64,000 nt of DNA. Source: an uncultured Gaiellales bacterium. GTDB lineage: Bacteria; Actinomycetota; Thermoleophilia; Gaiellales; Gaiellaceae. The translations under genes were made by a program, and so were the position numbers. This document shows positions 19,637 through 31,163 of this stretch, one piece after another; the stretch's first letter is position 1, and every line of letters begins with the position of its first letter. The notes beneath the pieces are model-generated. The model was not told where the DNA came from. It saw only the letters and a program-made list of their open reading frames with translations, and ran no database searches. The stretch covers positions 85,189 to 149,188 of the forward strand of contig CAZOMP010000006.1 of the NCBI GenBank assembly GCA_964581085.1, in the 5' to 3' direction.

Positions 19637-19766
19637 GACGCGGACTCCCGGTCGCGTTTCCCGGGTGCCCGGGACAGCGGCCTCTGGCGGGCGGGACGTC
19701 CCTCCGCGACGGTTGCGCCTGTTAGCTCTGGTGGGCGTCGATTGGATCGGAAAGGCGGTGGGCCAG

Positions 19767-20453
19767 ATGTCGTGGAGATGGTTCGCACGTGTGGGAGCGG
19801 TGTGTCTCGTGGTGGGGAGCGTGGCGGAGCTGCTCGAGTACATCGTGTCGCCGATCGCCTCGAGCGGCGACGATGCGGCGAAGCAGGTCGCGATGGCGTC
19901 AATGCACCCCACCGCGATGGGGTGGACGCTCGCTCTCGATGCCTTGTTGCTGCTGCTCGTTCCGGGGGTCCTCTTCATCGGCTGGCTCGCCGGGGCGGGC
20001 GAGCATCGACTCCCTGCCGTCGGGACAGCGATCGCCTTCATGGCGTTCCTCGCCGCCGTCTTCCTGATCGCGAACGACGTCGTTGTGTACGAAGCGGCCC
20101 GGCTCGACACTCCGGACGCGGTGAAGATGGTGCACGGCTACCAGACGAACGCTCTCGTGACGGTGATGCTGGCCGTGTTCCTGGTCGGTTTCGCGGTCGG
20201 CTTCGTCCTGCTCGCGATCTCGTTGTGGCGCCGGCGCGCGGTCCGCGGCTGGGCCGCGGTCGCTCTGGGAATCATCCCCTTCCTCGAGTTCGCCGGGGTC
20301 GAGACCGGGGTCACGCTCATCGCGACGGCGGCGTACGCGTTGGCAGTGGTCGTCTACACGATATGCGCGATCGCCCTCCTGCAAGGGCGCGCGAACGGCG
20401 CGAGCCTGGCGTCAAGGTTCACACCGGAATCGCCCGACGTGGCCGTCGGATGA
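19767..20453 (+). CDS. multi-pass membrane protein (DUF4386-like)
   Basis: RBS GGAAAGG; about 6 hydrophobic helices; upstream of an HK/RR pair. Confidence 0.7.
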   Translation: MSWRWFARVGAVCLVVGSVAELLEYIVSPIASSGDDAAKQVAMASMHPTAMGWTLALDALLLLLVPGVLFIGWLAGAGEHRLPAVGTAIAFMAFLAAVFLIANDVVVYEAARLDTPDAVKMVHGYQTNALVTVMLAVFLVGFAVGFVLLAISLWRRRAVRGWAAVALGIIPFLEFAGVETGVTLIATAAYALAVVVYTICAIALLQGRANGASLASRFTPESPDVAVG

Positions 20454-20484
20454 CGCGAGCGACTGCTCCCGCGATAATCCGGGA

Positions 20485-22467
20485 ATGAAGCGGCCTTCGG
20501 CTTTCGAGCTCGCCGCTCGCGGCGCCGTTGCGCTCGCCGTGCTGTTCACCGCCGCGACGCTCGTCGCCGCCGTCCGCTGGCGGCATGACGTCCACGGCAT
20601 CCTGCTCGCGGCGCTCGTCGTCGTCATGCTTGCGCTGCCGATCGTCGGCGCAGCCGCTGTGCGCGCCGCTCCTCGTAACGCGGTCGGCTGGATCTTCCTG
20701 TGCGCCGGAGTGTCGTTTCCGCTCGCGATGGGCGCGTACCTCTACGCGACGGCGGCGTTCAACCACGGAGTCGACCTCCCGGACGCACGGTGGGCCGGGT
20801 GGCTGGACGGCTGGCCGTGGGTGCCGGGGCTGGCGATGATCGGGACGGTCGGGATCCTGCTGTTCCCCGACGGGCGGCTTCCGGGGCCACGGTGGCGTCC
20901 GGTGCTGTGGACGGAGATCGCGCTTCTTGCGGCGCTCACTATGTCGGCACTGTTCGGCGCTCACCTGCTCGACTTCCCCGACGAGCCAAACCCGACGGCG
21001 TTGCCGGGCGGCTTCGGCGATGGCTTCGAGAGCCTGATCGGCGTGATCGTGCTCGTCGCTCCGCTCAGCACGCTCGGGGCGACCTCCCTCCACCTCCGTC
21101 GCCGGCGGGAACGCGACCCCGGCCGTGCCCGCGCGCTTGCGCTCGTCACGCCTGCCGCCTGGCTCGTCGCCGCGTCTTGGTGGGGCTGCATCGTCGTCGC
21201 GATGCTCGGAGGAACGAGCGTCGATGTTCTACCGGTCGAATCACTCGGGATGCTCGCCGTGGCGATCACGTCATGGATCGCGATTCACCGCTACGGCCTG
21301 TTCGACACGAGGCTCGTCCTGCAGCGGAGTCTCGTCTTCGGCGGCTTGTCGCTCGGCGTCGTCCTGCTCTACCTCGGCGCCGTGTCGGCGCTCGGCGTGC
21401 TCGCCTCCGACGCCGTGGTTCGCCCGATGGCCGTCGCGCTCGCTGCATTGGCCGCGCTGCCGTTCCGCGACGTACTGCAGCGACTTGCCAACCGGCTCGT
21501 CTACGGTGCAACGGACAACCCGTACGGTGCGCTCGTACGCCTCGGCGAGCGACTTGCGGACTCCGCTGCTCCCACCGAGGTGCTCCCGGCGGCAGCGCAC
21601 ACGGTGCAGGAGACGCTGCGTCTCCCGTACGTCGCGATCCGGGTCGGGGACGAGATCATGGCCGGGGCAGGTACACCCGCGGGCGTGCGCCGCGAGGAGC
21701 GGCCGCTCGTGTTCGCCAACGAGACGATCGGCACGCTGGTCGTAGAAGCCCGCGACGAGCCGTTCACCCCGTCCGAGCGCGAGCTCCTCGACGGGATCAC
21801 GCGGCAGGTGGCGACGGCGGTGCACGCGGTTTCGCTCACCGCCGATCTCGTCCGCTCCCGCGAGAAGCTCGTCACCGCCACCGAGGAGGAGCGTCGCCGC
21901 CTCCGCCGCGACCTCCACGACGGTCTCGGGCCTGCGCTCGCCGGCATCGTGCTCGGACTGCAGTCCGCGCGTCGTCGCCTGGACGGCGATGACGATCCTG
22001 TTGGCGAGCGCCTCGACACGCTGACCGCCCAGACGCAGGAAGCCGTCGCCGAGGTCCGACGGCTCGTCTACGGGCTGCGCCCGCCCGCGCTCGACGAGCT
22101 CGGACTTCTTGGTGCGCTCGACGAGCAGGCGAAGACGCTGGGGCCGATCACGGTGCACGGTCCAGTGGAGCGGCCGAGGCTCGGCGCTGCGGTCGAGGCA
22201 GCCGCGTACCGCATCGCTCTCGAAGCGATGACGAACGTGAATCGCCACGCGCGCGCAACGGCGTGCACGGTCCGTGTCGACGTCGACAGCGCGCTTCACC
22301 TCGAGATCGAGGACGACGGCGTCGGGCTCCCGAGCGCCTTCAACGCCGGGGTCGGGATCACATCGATGCGCGAGCGGGCGACCGAGCTCGGGGGAACGTG
22401 CACCATCGACGGTCGTCGCCCCAGCGGGACACGCGTCCGCGTCTCGATCCCGCTCGGAGCGCCGTGA
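20485..22467 (+). CDS. membrane sensor histidine kinase (HisKA_3)
   Basis: Many TM helices; EEERRRLRRDLHDGLGP H-box; EAMTNV, DDGVG, GVGITSMRER. Confidence 0.93.
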   Translation: MKRPSAFELAARGAVALAVLFTAATLVAAVRWRHDVHGILLAALVVVMLALPIVGAAAVRAAPRNAVGWIFLCAGVSFPLAMGAYLYATAAFNHGVDLPDARWAGWLDGWPWVPGLAMIGTVGILLFPDGRLPGPRWRPVLWTEIALLAALTMSALFGAHLLDFPDEPNPTALPGGFGDGFESLIGVIVLVAPLSTLGATSLHLRRRRERDPGRARALALVTPAAWLVAASWWGCIVVAMLGGTSVDVLPVESLGMLAVAITSWIAIHRYGLFDTRLVLQRSLVFGGLSLGVVLLYLGAVSALGVLASDAVVRPMAVALAALAALPFRDVLQRLANRLVYGATDNPYGALVRLGERLADSAAPTEVLPAAAHTVQETLRLPYVAIRVGDEIMAGAGTPAGVRREERPLVFANETIGTLVVEARDEPFTPSERELLDGITRQVATAVHAVSLTADLVRSREKLVTATEEERRRLRRDLHDGLGPALAGIVLGLQSARRRLDGDDDPVGERLDTLTAQTQEAVAEVRRLVYGLRPPALDELGLLGALDEQAKTLGPITVHGPVERPRLGAAVEAAAYRIALEAMTNVNRHARATACTVRVDVDSALHLEIEDDGVGLPSAFNAGVGITSMRERATELGGTCTIDGRRPSGTRVRVSIPLGAP

Positions 22468-23204
22468 CCGGCACGATTCGGGTCGCGATCGCAGACGACC
22501 ATCCGGTCTTCCGCGCCGGGCTGCGTGTCGTCATGCAGGACGCACCCACGCTCGAGCTCGTCGGCGAGGCGGAGAGCGGCGACGAGGCCGTGCTCCTCGC
22601 CGCCGAGCGACAACCCGACGTGCTCCTGATGGACATCCACATGCCGCCCACGAACGGTGTCGATGCGACGCGGCGTATCGCGGCGAGCCATCCCGACGTG
22701 CACGTCCTGATGCTCACGATGCTCGCCGACGACACATCGGTACTCGCAGCCATGCGTGCGGGTGCCCGCGGTTACATCCTCAAGGGGGCCGACCCCGACG
22801 AGATCGTCCGGGCCGTCACCTCGGCGGCAGCCGGCGAGGCGATCTTCAGCCCGGCGCTCGCAGCACGTATGGCCCACTTCTTCACCACAGGCCGCGCCGG
22901 TGACCCCCACCCGTTTCCCGATCTAACCCCACGCGAACGGGACATCCTCGAGCTCATCGCCGTCGGCCAGTCCAACCCGGCGATCGCGGCACAGTTGCGG
23001 CTGAGCGAGAAGACCGTCAGGAACAACGTCTCCGTCATCCTCACGAAGCTCCAAGCGCCTACGCGATCCGCCGCCGTAGCACGAGCGCGGGACGCAGGTC
23101 TCGGAACCAGCGCTCCCGCCGGGAAGACAGCCGCCTCTCTGAGGGAAGGTCACCCCCCGGAACGGCGAAACGCCCCCGGCTGCGGCTTCCGGGGGCGTTT
23201 CTGA
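22464..23204 (+). CDS. NarL/LuxR family response regulator
   Basis: IADDH, LMDIHMP, YILK, LTPRERDILELIA..SEKTVRN; atypical C-terminal tail. Confidence 0.93.
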   Translation: MTGTIRVAIADDHPVFRAGLRVVMQDAPTLELVGEAESGDEAVLLAAERQPDVLLMDIHMPPTNGVDATRRIAASHPDVHVLMLTMLADDTSVLAAMRAGARGYILKGADPDEIVRAVTSAAAGEAIFSPALAARMAHFFTTGRAGDPHPFPDLTPRERDILELIAVGQSNPAIAAQLRLSEKTVRNNVSVILTKLQAPTRSAAVARARDAGLGTSAPAGKTAASLREGHPPERRNAPGCGFRGRF

Positions 23205-23338
23205 GAGGGGCTCCTCGAGAGCGGAGCGGCAGCTGAGGCCCGTGGCTCTGCGGCCCAGACACGTACCTCTCTTGCTGACGACCGATCCTTTCGTTGCCCC
23301 GCGCTCCACAACCTGGCGTCTGGCTGCGGTGCGTGGTA
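23165..23338 (-). ncRNA. candidate ~170-nt small RNA, divergent from the XRE-TPR gene
   Basis: Bounded by a sigma70-type promoter and the 13-bp terminator; internal complementarities; no credible ORF. Confidence 0.45.
23167..23201. terminator. bidirectional intrinsic terminator
   Basis: Perfect 13-bp stem GAAACGCCCCCGG / CCGGGGGCGTTTC with a 9-nt loop. Confidence 0.8.
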
Positions 23339-23344
23339 GGGGGG

Positions 23345-23388
23345 ACTGTAGGGATCCTGACTGGAAAAGTCAAGTAGCTCAGTCAAGT
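23345..23388 (-). promoter_or_regulatory. sigma70-type promoter with overlapping palindrome and direct repeat
   Basis: TTGACT (23373-23368), 17-nt spacer, TACAGT (23350-23345); TGACT-N5-AGTCA (23358-23372); AGTCAAGT twice (23368, 23381). Confidence 0.7.
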
Positions 23389-23493
23389 GATTTTCGCTAC
23401 CCTGTACTTCACCAATAGTTCCCACCTTTCAGGAGCACACCTCCCCCTTCGGCGGGAGTGCGCGAACGCCGCATCTCGCCTTCACTGACACCC

Positions 23494-24849
23494 ATGGGTA
23501 CCGCCGCCGACCAGACCGGACTCCCGCGCGCGACGACGCCGTCGGCACCGACCTCCCGGCTCGGCGAACGGCTCCGCTCCCTGCGGCTCGCCGCCGGGCA
23601 GACCCAGTCGGAGCTCGCGGGCGACCGGTTCTCGAAGGAGTACATCAGCCAGATCGAGCGCGGCAAGACGCGCCCCACGCCGGAGGCGGTCGCCTGGCTC
23701 GCCGACCAGCTCGGCGTCGACGCCACGTTCCTCGGCAGCGGTGTCTCGACCGACGCGCGCGGCCGGCTGGAGGCGCTCCTCGTCCGGGCGGAGGCGCTCG
23801 TCGAAGCCCACGAGACGGCTCGGGCGGCAGAGCTCTTCGCGTCGGTGCGGCGCGAGGTGGGTGCCACGGGCTCGACCGAGCTCGAGGTGCGGGCGATCGC
23901 AGGTGAGGCGTGGGCGCGCCTCGAGGACGGAGAGCCACGAGCCGCCGTCGAGCTCCTCCTCGTCGCGCGCAATCTCGCCGAAGCGCCGCAGTTCTCCGAC
24001 GTCGAGCGGGCCGACATCCTCTTCCGGCTCGGCGTCTGCCGCTACAAGCTGTCGAGCGTCGCGACGGCAGTCTCGCTGTTCGACGAAGCGCTCGCCCTCG
24101 CGGAGGCAGCAGGGCTCCCCTGCGACCTCCTCCGTGCCGACATCCTCGGCTGGCGTTCGCGCTGCCGCCGCCGCCAGCGCGACTTCGAGGCAGCGCGGGA
24201 GGACGTCGAGGCGGCGCTCGAGCTCGCCCGCAGCGCCGACGACCGCCGTGCCGTCGCCAACACCTACTTCCAGGCCTCGCTCGTCGCGGAGCGGATGGGC
24301 CAGTGGGCAACGTCACGGGCGTACGCGCAGCGCGCGAAGGCGCTGTACGAGGAGCTGAACGACGAGCGCAACGTCGGGCGCCTGATGCTCAACCTGGGCG
24401 GCCTTCAGTTCCTGCTCGGCAAACCGGACGAGGCGCTCGACCAGCTCAAGGGGTCGTTCGCAGTCGCTGTCGAGGCGGGATCCCAACCCGACGCGGCGCA
24501 GGCGGTCGGTAGCCTCGCCACGGTCTACCTTGAGCTCGGCGAGCACGAAGCGGCCGACGAGAACGCCCGCAAGGCACTGCAGCTCCTCGACGGCCGCGAG
24601 GATTTCCTCGACGAGGTCGGACAGTCGCAGCTCGTGCTCGGTCGCTCCCTGCTCGAGCGTGGCCGCCTCGACGAGGCGGATGCCTGCTTCGCCGAGGCCG
24701 ACCGGGTTTTCGAGCAGATGGGCTCGCTCGGCCACCGGGCGGGTGTATGGGTCGCGCGCGGCGACCTCGCGAGTCGCCGCGGCGACGACCACGAGGCCGC
24801 CCGCCTCTACCGGATCGCCGCCGAGGCGCTCCAGGACATCCGGTTCTAG
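23494..24849 (+). CDS. XRE-HTH + tetratricopeptide-repeat regulator (RRNPP-like receptor); alternative start GTG 23458
   Basis: LGERLRSLRLAAGQTQSELAG..SKEYISQIERGKTRP HTH followed by ~380 aa of TPR-like helical repeats. Confidence 0.88.
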   Translation: MGTAADQTGLPRATTPSAPTSRLGERLRSLRLAAGQTQSELAGDRFSKEYISQIERGKTRPTPEAVAWLADQLGVDATFLGSGVSTDARGRLEALLVRAEALVEAHETARAAELFASVRREVGATGSTELEVRAIAGEAWARLEDGEPRAAVELLLVARNLAEAPQFSDVERADILFRLGVCRYKLSSVATAVSLFDEALALAEAAGLPCDLLRADILGWRSRCRRRQRDFEAAREDVEAALELARSADDRRAVANTYFQASLVAERMGQWATSRAYAQRAKALYEELNDERNVGRLMLNLGGLQFLLGKPDEALDQLKGSFAVAVEAGSQPDAAQAVGSLATVYLELGEHEAADENARKALQLLDGREDFLDEVGQSQLVLGRSLLERGRLDEADACFAEADRVFEQMGSLGHRAGVWVARGDLASRRGDDHEAARLYRIAAEALQDIRF

Positions 24850-24863
24850 GAAGGAGACGCCAG

Positions 24864-24968
24864 ATGCGCAGAGGACAGATCCTGCTCGTACTGGCCAACG
24901 TGGCGCTCTTCGCCGGTTGGCTGCACCAGTTCCGCAACGGCATCAGCACCTGGTCGGACGGCCACTGA
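24864..24968 (+). CDS. 34-aa putative signalling propeptide MRRGQILLVLANVALFAGWLHQFRNGISTWSDGH
   Basis: Strong RBS GGAAGGAG directly after the receptor stop; basic N-terminus, hydrophobic core, polar tail. Confidence 0.75.
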   Translation: MRRGQILLVLANVALFAGWLHQFRNGISTWSDGH

Positions 24969-25018
24969 TCCGTCCCCGCTGAGCCGGCCGCGCGAACCCG
25001 CACGGCTACACTCGCACC

Positions 25019-28054
<3,036 letters not shown>

Positions 28055-28074
28055 GGCGCGATCCTCTCACAGGC

Positions 28075-28160
28075 GAAACGAAGGCCGCCAGGGGAGGCGG
28101 CCTTCGGCACATCAGGGGAGGAGAGGGGGAAGGGGGTATGTCTCTCCGTCCCCTCTGTTC
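28075..28160 (-). ncRNA. candidate two-hairpin RNA with C-rich loops (6C-like)
   Basis: Stem 28114-28125/28142-28154 with loop ACAUACCCCCUUCCCC; 11-bp stem 28079-28106 with loop UCCCCU followed by UUUC. Confidence 0.45.
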
Positions 28161-28204
28161 GCCGTGACCGTCGCGACTCCTTCGGACGTCCATAGACTCG
28201 GATC

Positions 28205-29230
28205 GTGACCCGGAGACCCGCCCTGACCACGCTGGCGAAAGCGGGAGGCTGCGCCGCCAAGTACCCGGCCGCACGCCTCGAGGCCCTGCTCGCCGGGATC
28301 GTCGCGGCGGATGCGGCCGACCTGCTCGTCGGCCTCGACCCAGCGGACGACGCGGCGGTCTACCGGCTCGACGACGAGCGGGCGCTCGTCTTCACCGTCG
28401 ACTTCTTCCCTCCCGTCGTCGACGACGCCCGCACGTTCGGCGCCATCGCGGCCACGAACGCGTTGAACGACGTGTTCGCGATGGGCGGCATGCCGCTGCT
28501 CGCGCTGTCGGTAACGGCCTTCCCCGAGAGCCTGCCGACCGAGATGCTCGCAGAGCTCCTCGCGGGCGCCGACGAGGCCGTCCGCAGCGCCGGCGCGATC
28601 CTCGCGGGCGGCCACACGATCCGCGACGAGGAGCCCAAGTACGGTCTCGCCGTCGTCGGCACCGTGCACCCGGACGGAATCTGGCGCAAGAGCGGTGCCC
28701 ACCCCGGCGAGGCGCTGTTCCTGACCAGGCGTCTCGGGACGGGCCTCGTGCTCGAGGCGCAACGAGCCGGCAGGGCGCCCGAGGGCGCACTTGCCGCAGC
28801 GACTGCCGCGATGCTGGTTTCCGGGCGCGAGGCGGCCGATCTCCTGCGCCCGTTCTCACCGAGCGCCGCAACCGACGTCACCGGCTTCGGCCTGCTCGGG
28901 CACGCGTACGAGATGGCGCGTCGAAGCGGCGTTCGGGTCGAGCTCGACGCTGCATCGCTTCCCGCCCTGCCGGGAGCGCTCGAGCTCGCGACGAGCGGTG
29001 TCCGGACCGGCGGCGACCGGCGCAACCGCGACTATGCGGGGCCGCATGTCGAGAGCTCCGCGCCGCCCGCGCTCGAGGCACTGGCCTACGACCCGCAGAC
29101 CTCCGGCGGGCTCCTCGTCTCTCTGCCTGCGGACAAGGCTCCCGTGCTCGCAGCGACGTTCGCGGCAGCAGAGCTCGATCTCTTCCGGGTGGGTCGCGTG
29201 ACAGAGGGGGTCGGCGTCCTGCTCGTCTGA
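28205..29230 (+). CDS. selD: selenide, water dikinase (Cys form)
   Basis: GGCAAK, DDAAVY, TVDFFPP, GGHT, TDVTGFGLLGH, DPQTSGGLL. Confidence 0.95.
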   Translation: MTRRPALTTLAKAGGCAAKYPAARLEALLAGIVAADAADLLVGLDPADDAAVYRLDDERALVFTVDFFPPVVDDARTFGAIAATNALNDVFAMGGMPLLALSVTAFPESLPTEMLAELLAGADEAVRSAGAILAGGHTIRDEEPKYGLAVVGTVHPDGIWRKSGAHPGEALFLTRRLGTGLVLEAQRAGRAPEGALAAATAAMLVSGREAADLLRPFSPSAATDVTGFGLLGHAYEMARRSGVRVELDAASLPALPGALELATSGVRTGGDRRNRDYAGPHVESSAPPALEALAYDPQTSGGLLVSLPADKAPVLAATFAAAELDLFRVGRVTEGVGVLLV

Positions 29231-29266
29231 CGCCGCCTTCGCAGACATCTCCGTACACTCGACAGC

Positions 29267-30247
29267 ATGCGTCGACACGCAGGCTCCTTCTGGGGCAGCA
29301 TCATCGCTCCGCGTGGGTTTCTCCGACTCACGGTCGCGACGATGGTGGCGATGTATTTCGTCGTCACCTCGGGAGCCTTCGTCCGCCTGACCGCATCGGG
29401 ACTCGGCTGCGACAACTGGCCGCGCTGCGGAACGGCGCCGTTCCCGACGCAGGGCAACGACCACGCGATCATCGAGTTCTCGAACCGGCTCGTCGCGATC
29501 AGCGGGATCGCGCTCGCTCTCCTGACGGTGCTCGCCGCGCGCAAGGTGCCGGGTCTCTCGACGCTTGCCCGCTACGGCATGCTCGGCGCGCTCGTGGGCG
29601 CCCTTGCACAGATCCCGCTCGGCGGGATCACGATCATCTTCCACCTGAACCCACTGCTCGTGATGTCGCACTTCCTGCTCGCCCTCGTCGTGCTCGGGCT
29701 CACCGTCGTCACGTGCGTCGAGGCCTGGAGCCTCGCCTCGGGAGGCAGGGCCCGACCCGTCGACCCGCGCTGGTTCCGTCTGCTCGTGCTCTGGGTCGGC
29801 CTGCCGCTCACGGCTGCGCTCGTCGCATCCGGCGCCGTCGCAACCGCCTCGGGGCCGCATCCGGGCGCCGAGAAGGGCGTCGAGCGGCTCGGGGTTCCGA
29901 TCACCGACACCGTCTACGTGCACGTTCGCGTCGCGGCTGCGTTCGGGATCGGCTTTCTCGTGCTCGGCTACGTCCTCTACCGCTGCCGTCGCTCGTATCC
30001 CGGCCTGATGCGCCTCTGGCTTGCGACGCTCGTCATGCTGGTTGGACAGATGATCCTGGGCGAGGTGCAGTATCGGAGCGCCCTCCCCTGGGGGCTCGTG
30101 CTCGTGCACGTCTTCCTCGCAGCCACGCTCTGGTCGCTCGCGGTACTCCTCGCGGTGGCGCTGGCACGACCGCCGGCAGCCGTCGCCGAGGCCGCGAGCG
30201 CAAGACCCCGGCCCGCGGCGGCGCTCGGGGAGCCGCTGCGCGAGTAG
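29267..30247 (+). CDS. ctaA: heme A synthase (COX15/CtaA)
   Basis: VRLTASGLGCDNWPRC, IEFSNRL, SHFLLA, GPHPG, conserved TM His residues. Confidence 0.85.
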   Translation: MRRHAGSFWGSIIAPRGFLRLTVATMVAMYFVVTSGAFVRLTASGLGCDNWPRCGTAPFPTQGNDHAIIEFSNRLVAISGIALALLTVLAARKVPGLSTLARYGMLGALVGALAQIPLGGITIIFHLNPLLVMSHFLLALVVLGLTVVTCVEAWSLASGGRARPVDPRWFRLLVLWVGLPLTAALVASGAVATASGPHPGAEKGVERLGVPITDTVYVHVRVAAAFGIGFLVLGYVLYRCRRSYPGLMRLWLATLVMLVGQMILGEVQYRSALPWGLVLVHVFLAATLWSLAVLLAVALARPPAAVAEAASARPRPAAALGEPLRE

Positions 30248-30256
30248 CATCTCACG

Positions 30257-31147
30257 ATGGACGACCGGCCCGAGCTTCGCGTCGACGAGCTACCTGCACT
30301 TCGTAAGCCCGTCCTCGTGGCTGCATTCCGGGGCTGGAACGACGGCGGCCAGGCGGCGTCGCTCGCCGCGACGACGCTTGCCAAGGCGTGGGACGCGAAG
30401 CAGTTCGCCCGGATCGATCCGGAGGGGTTCGTCGACTTCCAGGCCACCCGGCCGACCGTGTCGCTCGTCGACGGGACGATGCGTCGGATCGAGTGGCCGG
30501 AGATGACGTTCTCGGCTGCCGCGGTTCCGGATGCCGATCGCGACGCAGTCATCCTCGTCGGATTCGAGCCGAACTACCGCTGGCGGAGGTTCAACGAGCT
30601 CATCGTCGGCCTCGCCCGCGACCTGGGCGTCGAGCTCGTCGTCACGCTGGGGGCGCTCCTCGCCGACGTGCCCCATACGCGCCCGTCGCCCGTCACGGGC
30701 ACGGCCAGCGACATGGCGCTCGTCGAGGAGCTCGGCCTGCAGGCATCCCGCTACGAGGGGCCGACTGGGATCGTCGGGGTGCTCCAGGACTCCTGCCGGC
30801 AAGCGGGCCTCCCGGCCGTCAGCCTCTGGTCGGCCGTGCCGCACTACGTCTCGCTCGCCCCGAGCCCCCGTGCCGCGAAGGCGCTCTGCCTGCGGCTCGG
30901 GGAGCTGCTCGGGGTTCAGCTCGAGGTACGTGAGCTCGATGAGGCCGACGGGGTCTACGCCGACCAGATCAGCCAGGCCGTCGCGGCCGATCCCGAGACC
31001 GCGGAGTACGTCGAGGAGCTCGAGCGTCGATCCGACTCGATCGACGGGCTGCTCGAGGGCGACGAGCTGCCGTCGGGCGAGACGCTCGCCGCGGAGCTGT
31101 CGCGCTTCCTGCGCGACCGCGAGCAGGGAGACGGCGCGGGCAGCTGA
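30257..31147 (+). CDS. PAC2 family proteasome assembly chaperone
   Basis: AFRGWNDGG, DFQATRP, LLADVPHTRP, YEGPTGI, VPHY. Confidence 0.92.
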   Translation: MDDRPELRVDELPALRKPVLVAAFRGWNDGGQAASLAATTLAKAWDAKQFARIDPEGFVDFQATRPTVSLVDGTMRRIEWPEMTFSAAAVPDADRDAVILVGFEPNYRWRRFNELIVGLARDLGVELVVTLGALLADVPHTRPSPVTGTASDMALVEELGLQASRYEGPTGIVGVLQDSCRQAGLPAVSLWSAVPHYVSLAPSPRAAKALCLRLGELLGVQLEVRELDEADGVYADQISQAVAADPETAEYVEELERRSDSIDGLLEGDELPSGETLAAELSRFLRDREQGDGAGS

Positions 31148-31163
31148 AAGGCGACGGTCGCGG

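Noticed and set aside
23225..23300. c-di-GMP-I riboswitch (GGGCCGCAGAGCCACGGGCCT resembles GGGACGCAAAGCCACGGG)
   Set aside because: The GGCAAA-P2 helix and tetraloop/receptor do not fit, and there is no downstream gene to control; kept only as an unknown sRNA
23059..23425. Minus-strand ORFs 23059..23373, 23150..23425 and 22923..23309
   Set aside because: They run through the promoter or terminator, overlap the response regulator, and have no suitably spaced RBS
24747..24968. 73-aa ORF-track version of the peptide gene
   Set aside because: Overlaps the receptor CDS; the RBS places the real start at ATG 24864
28205..28262. Selenocysteine recoding in selD
   Set aside because: The active-site codon is TGC, and there is no in-frame TGA
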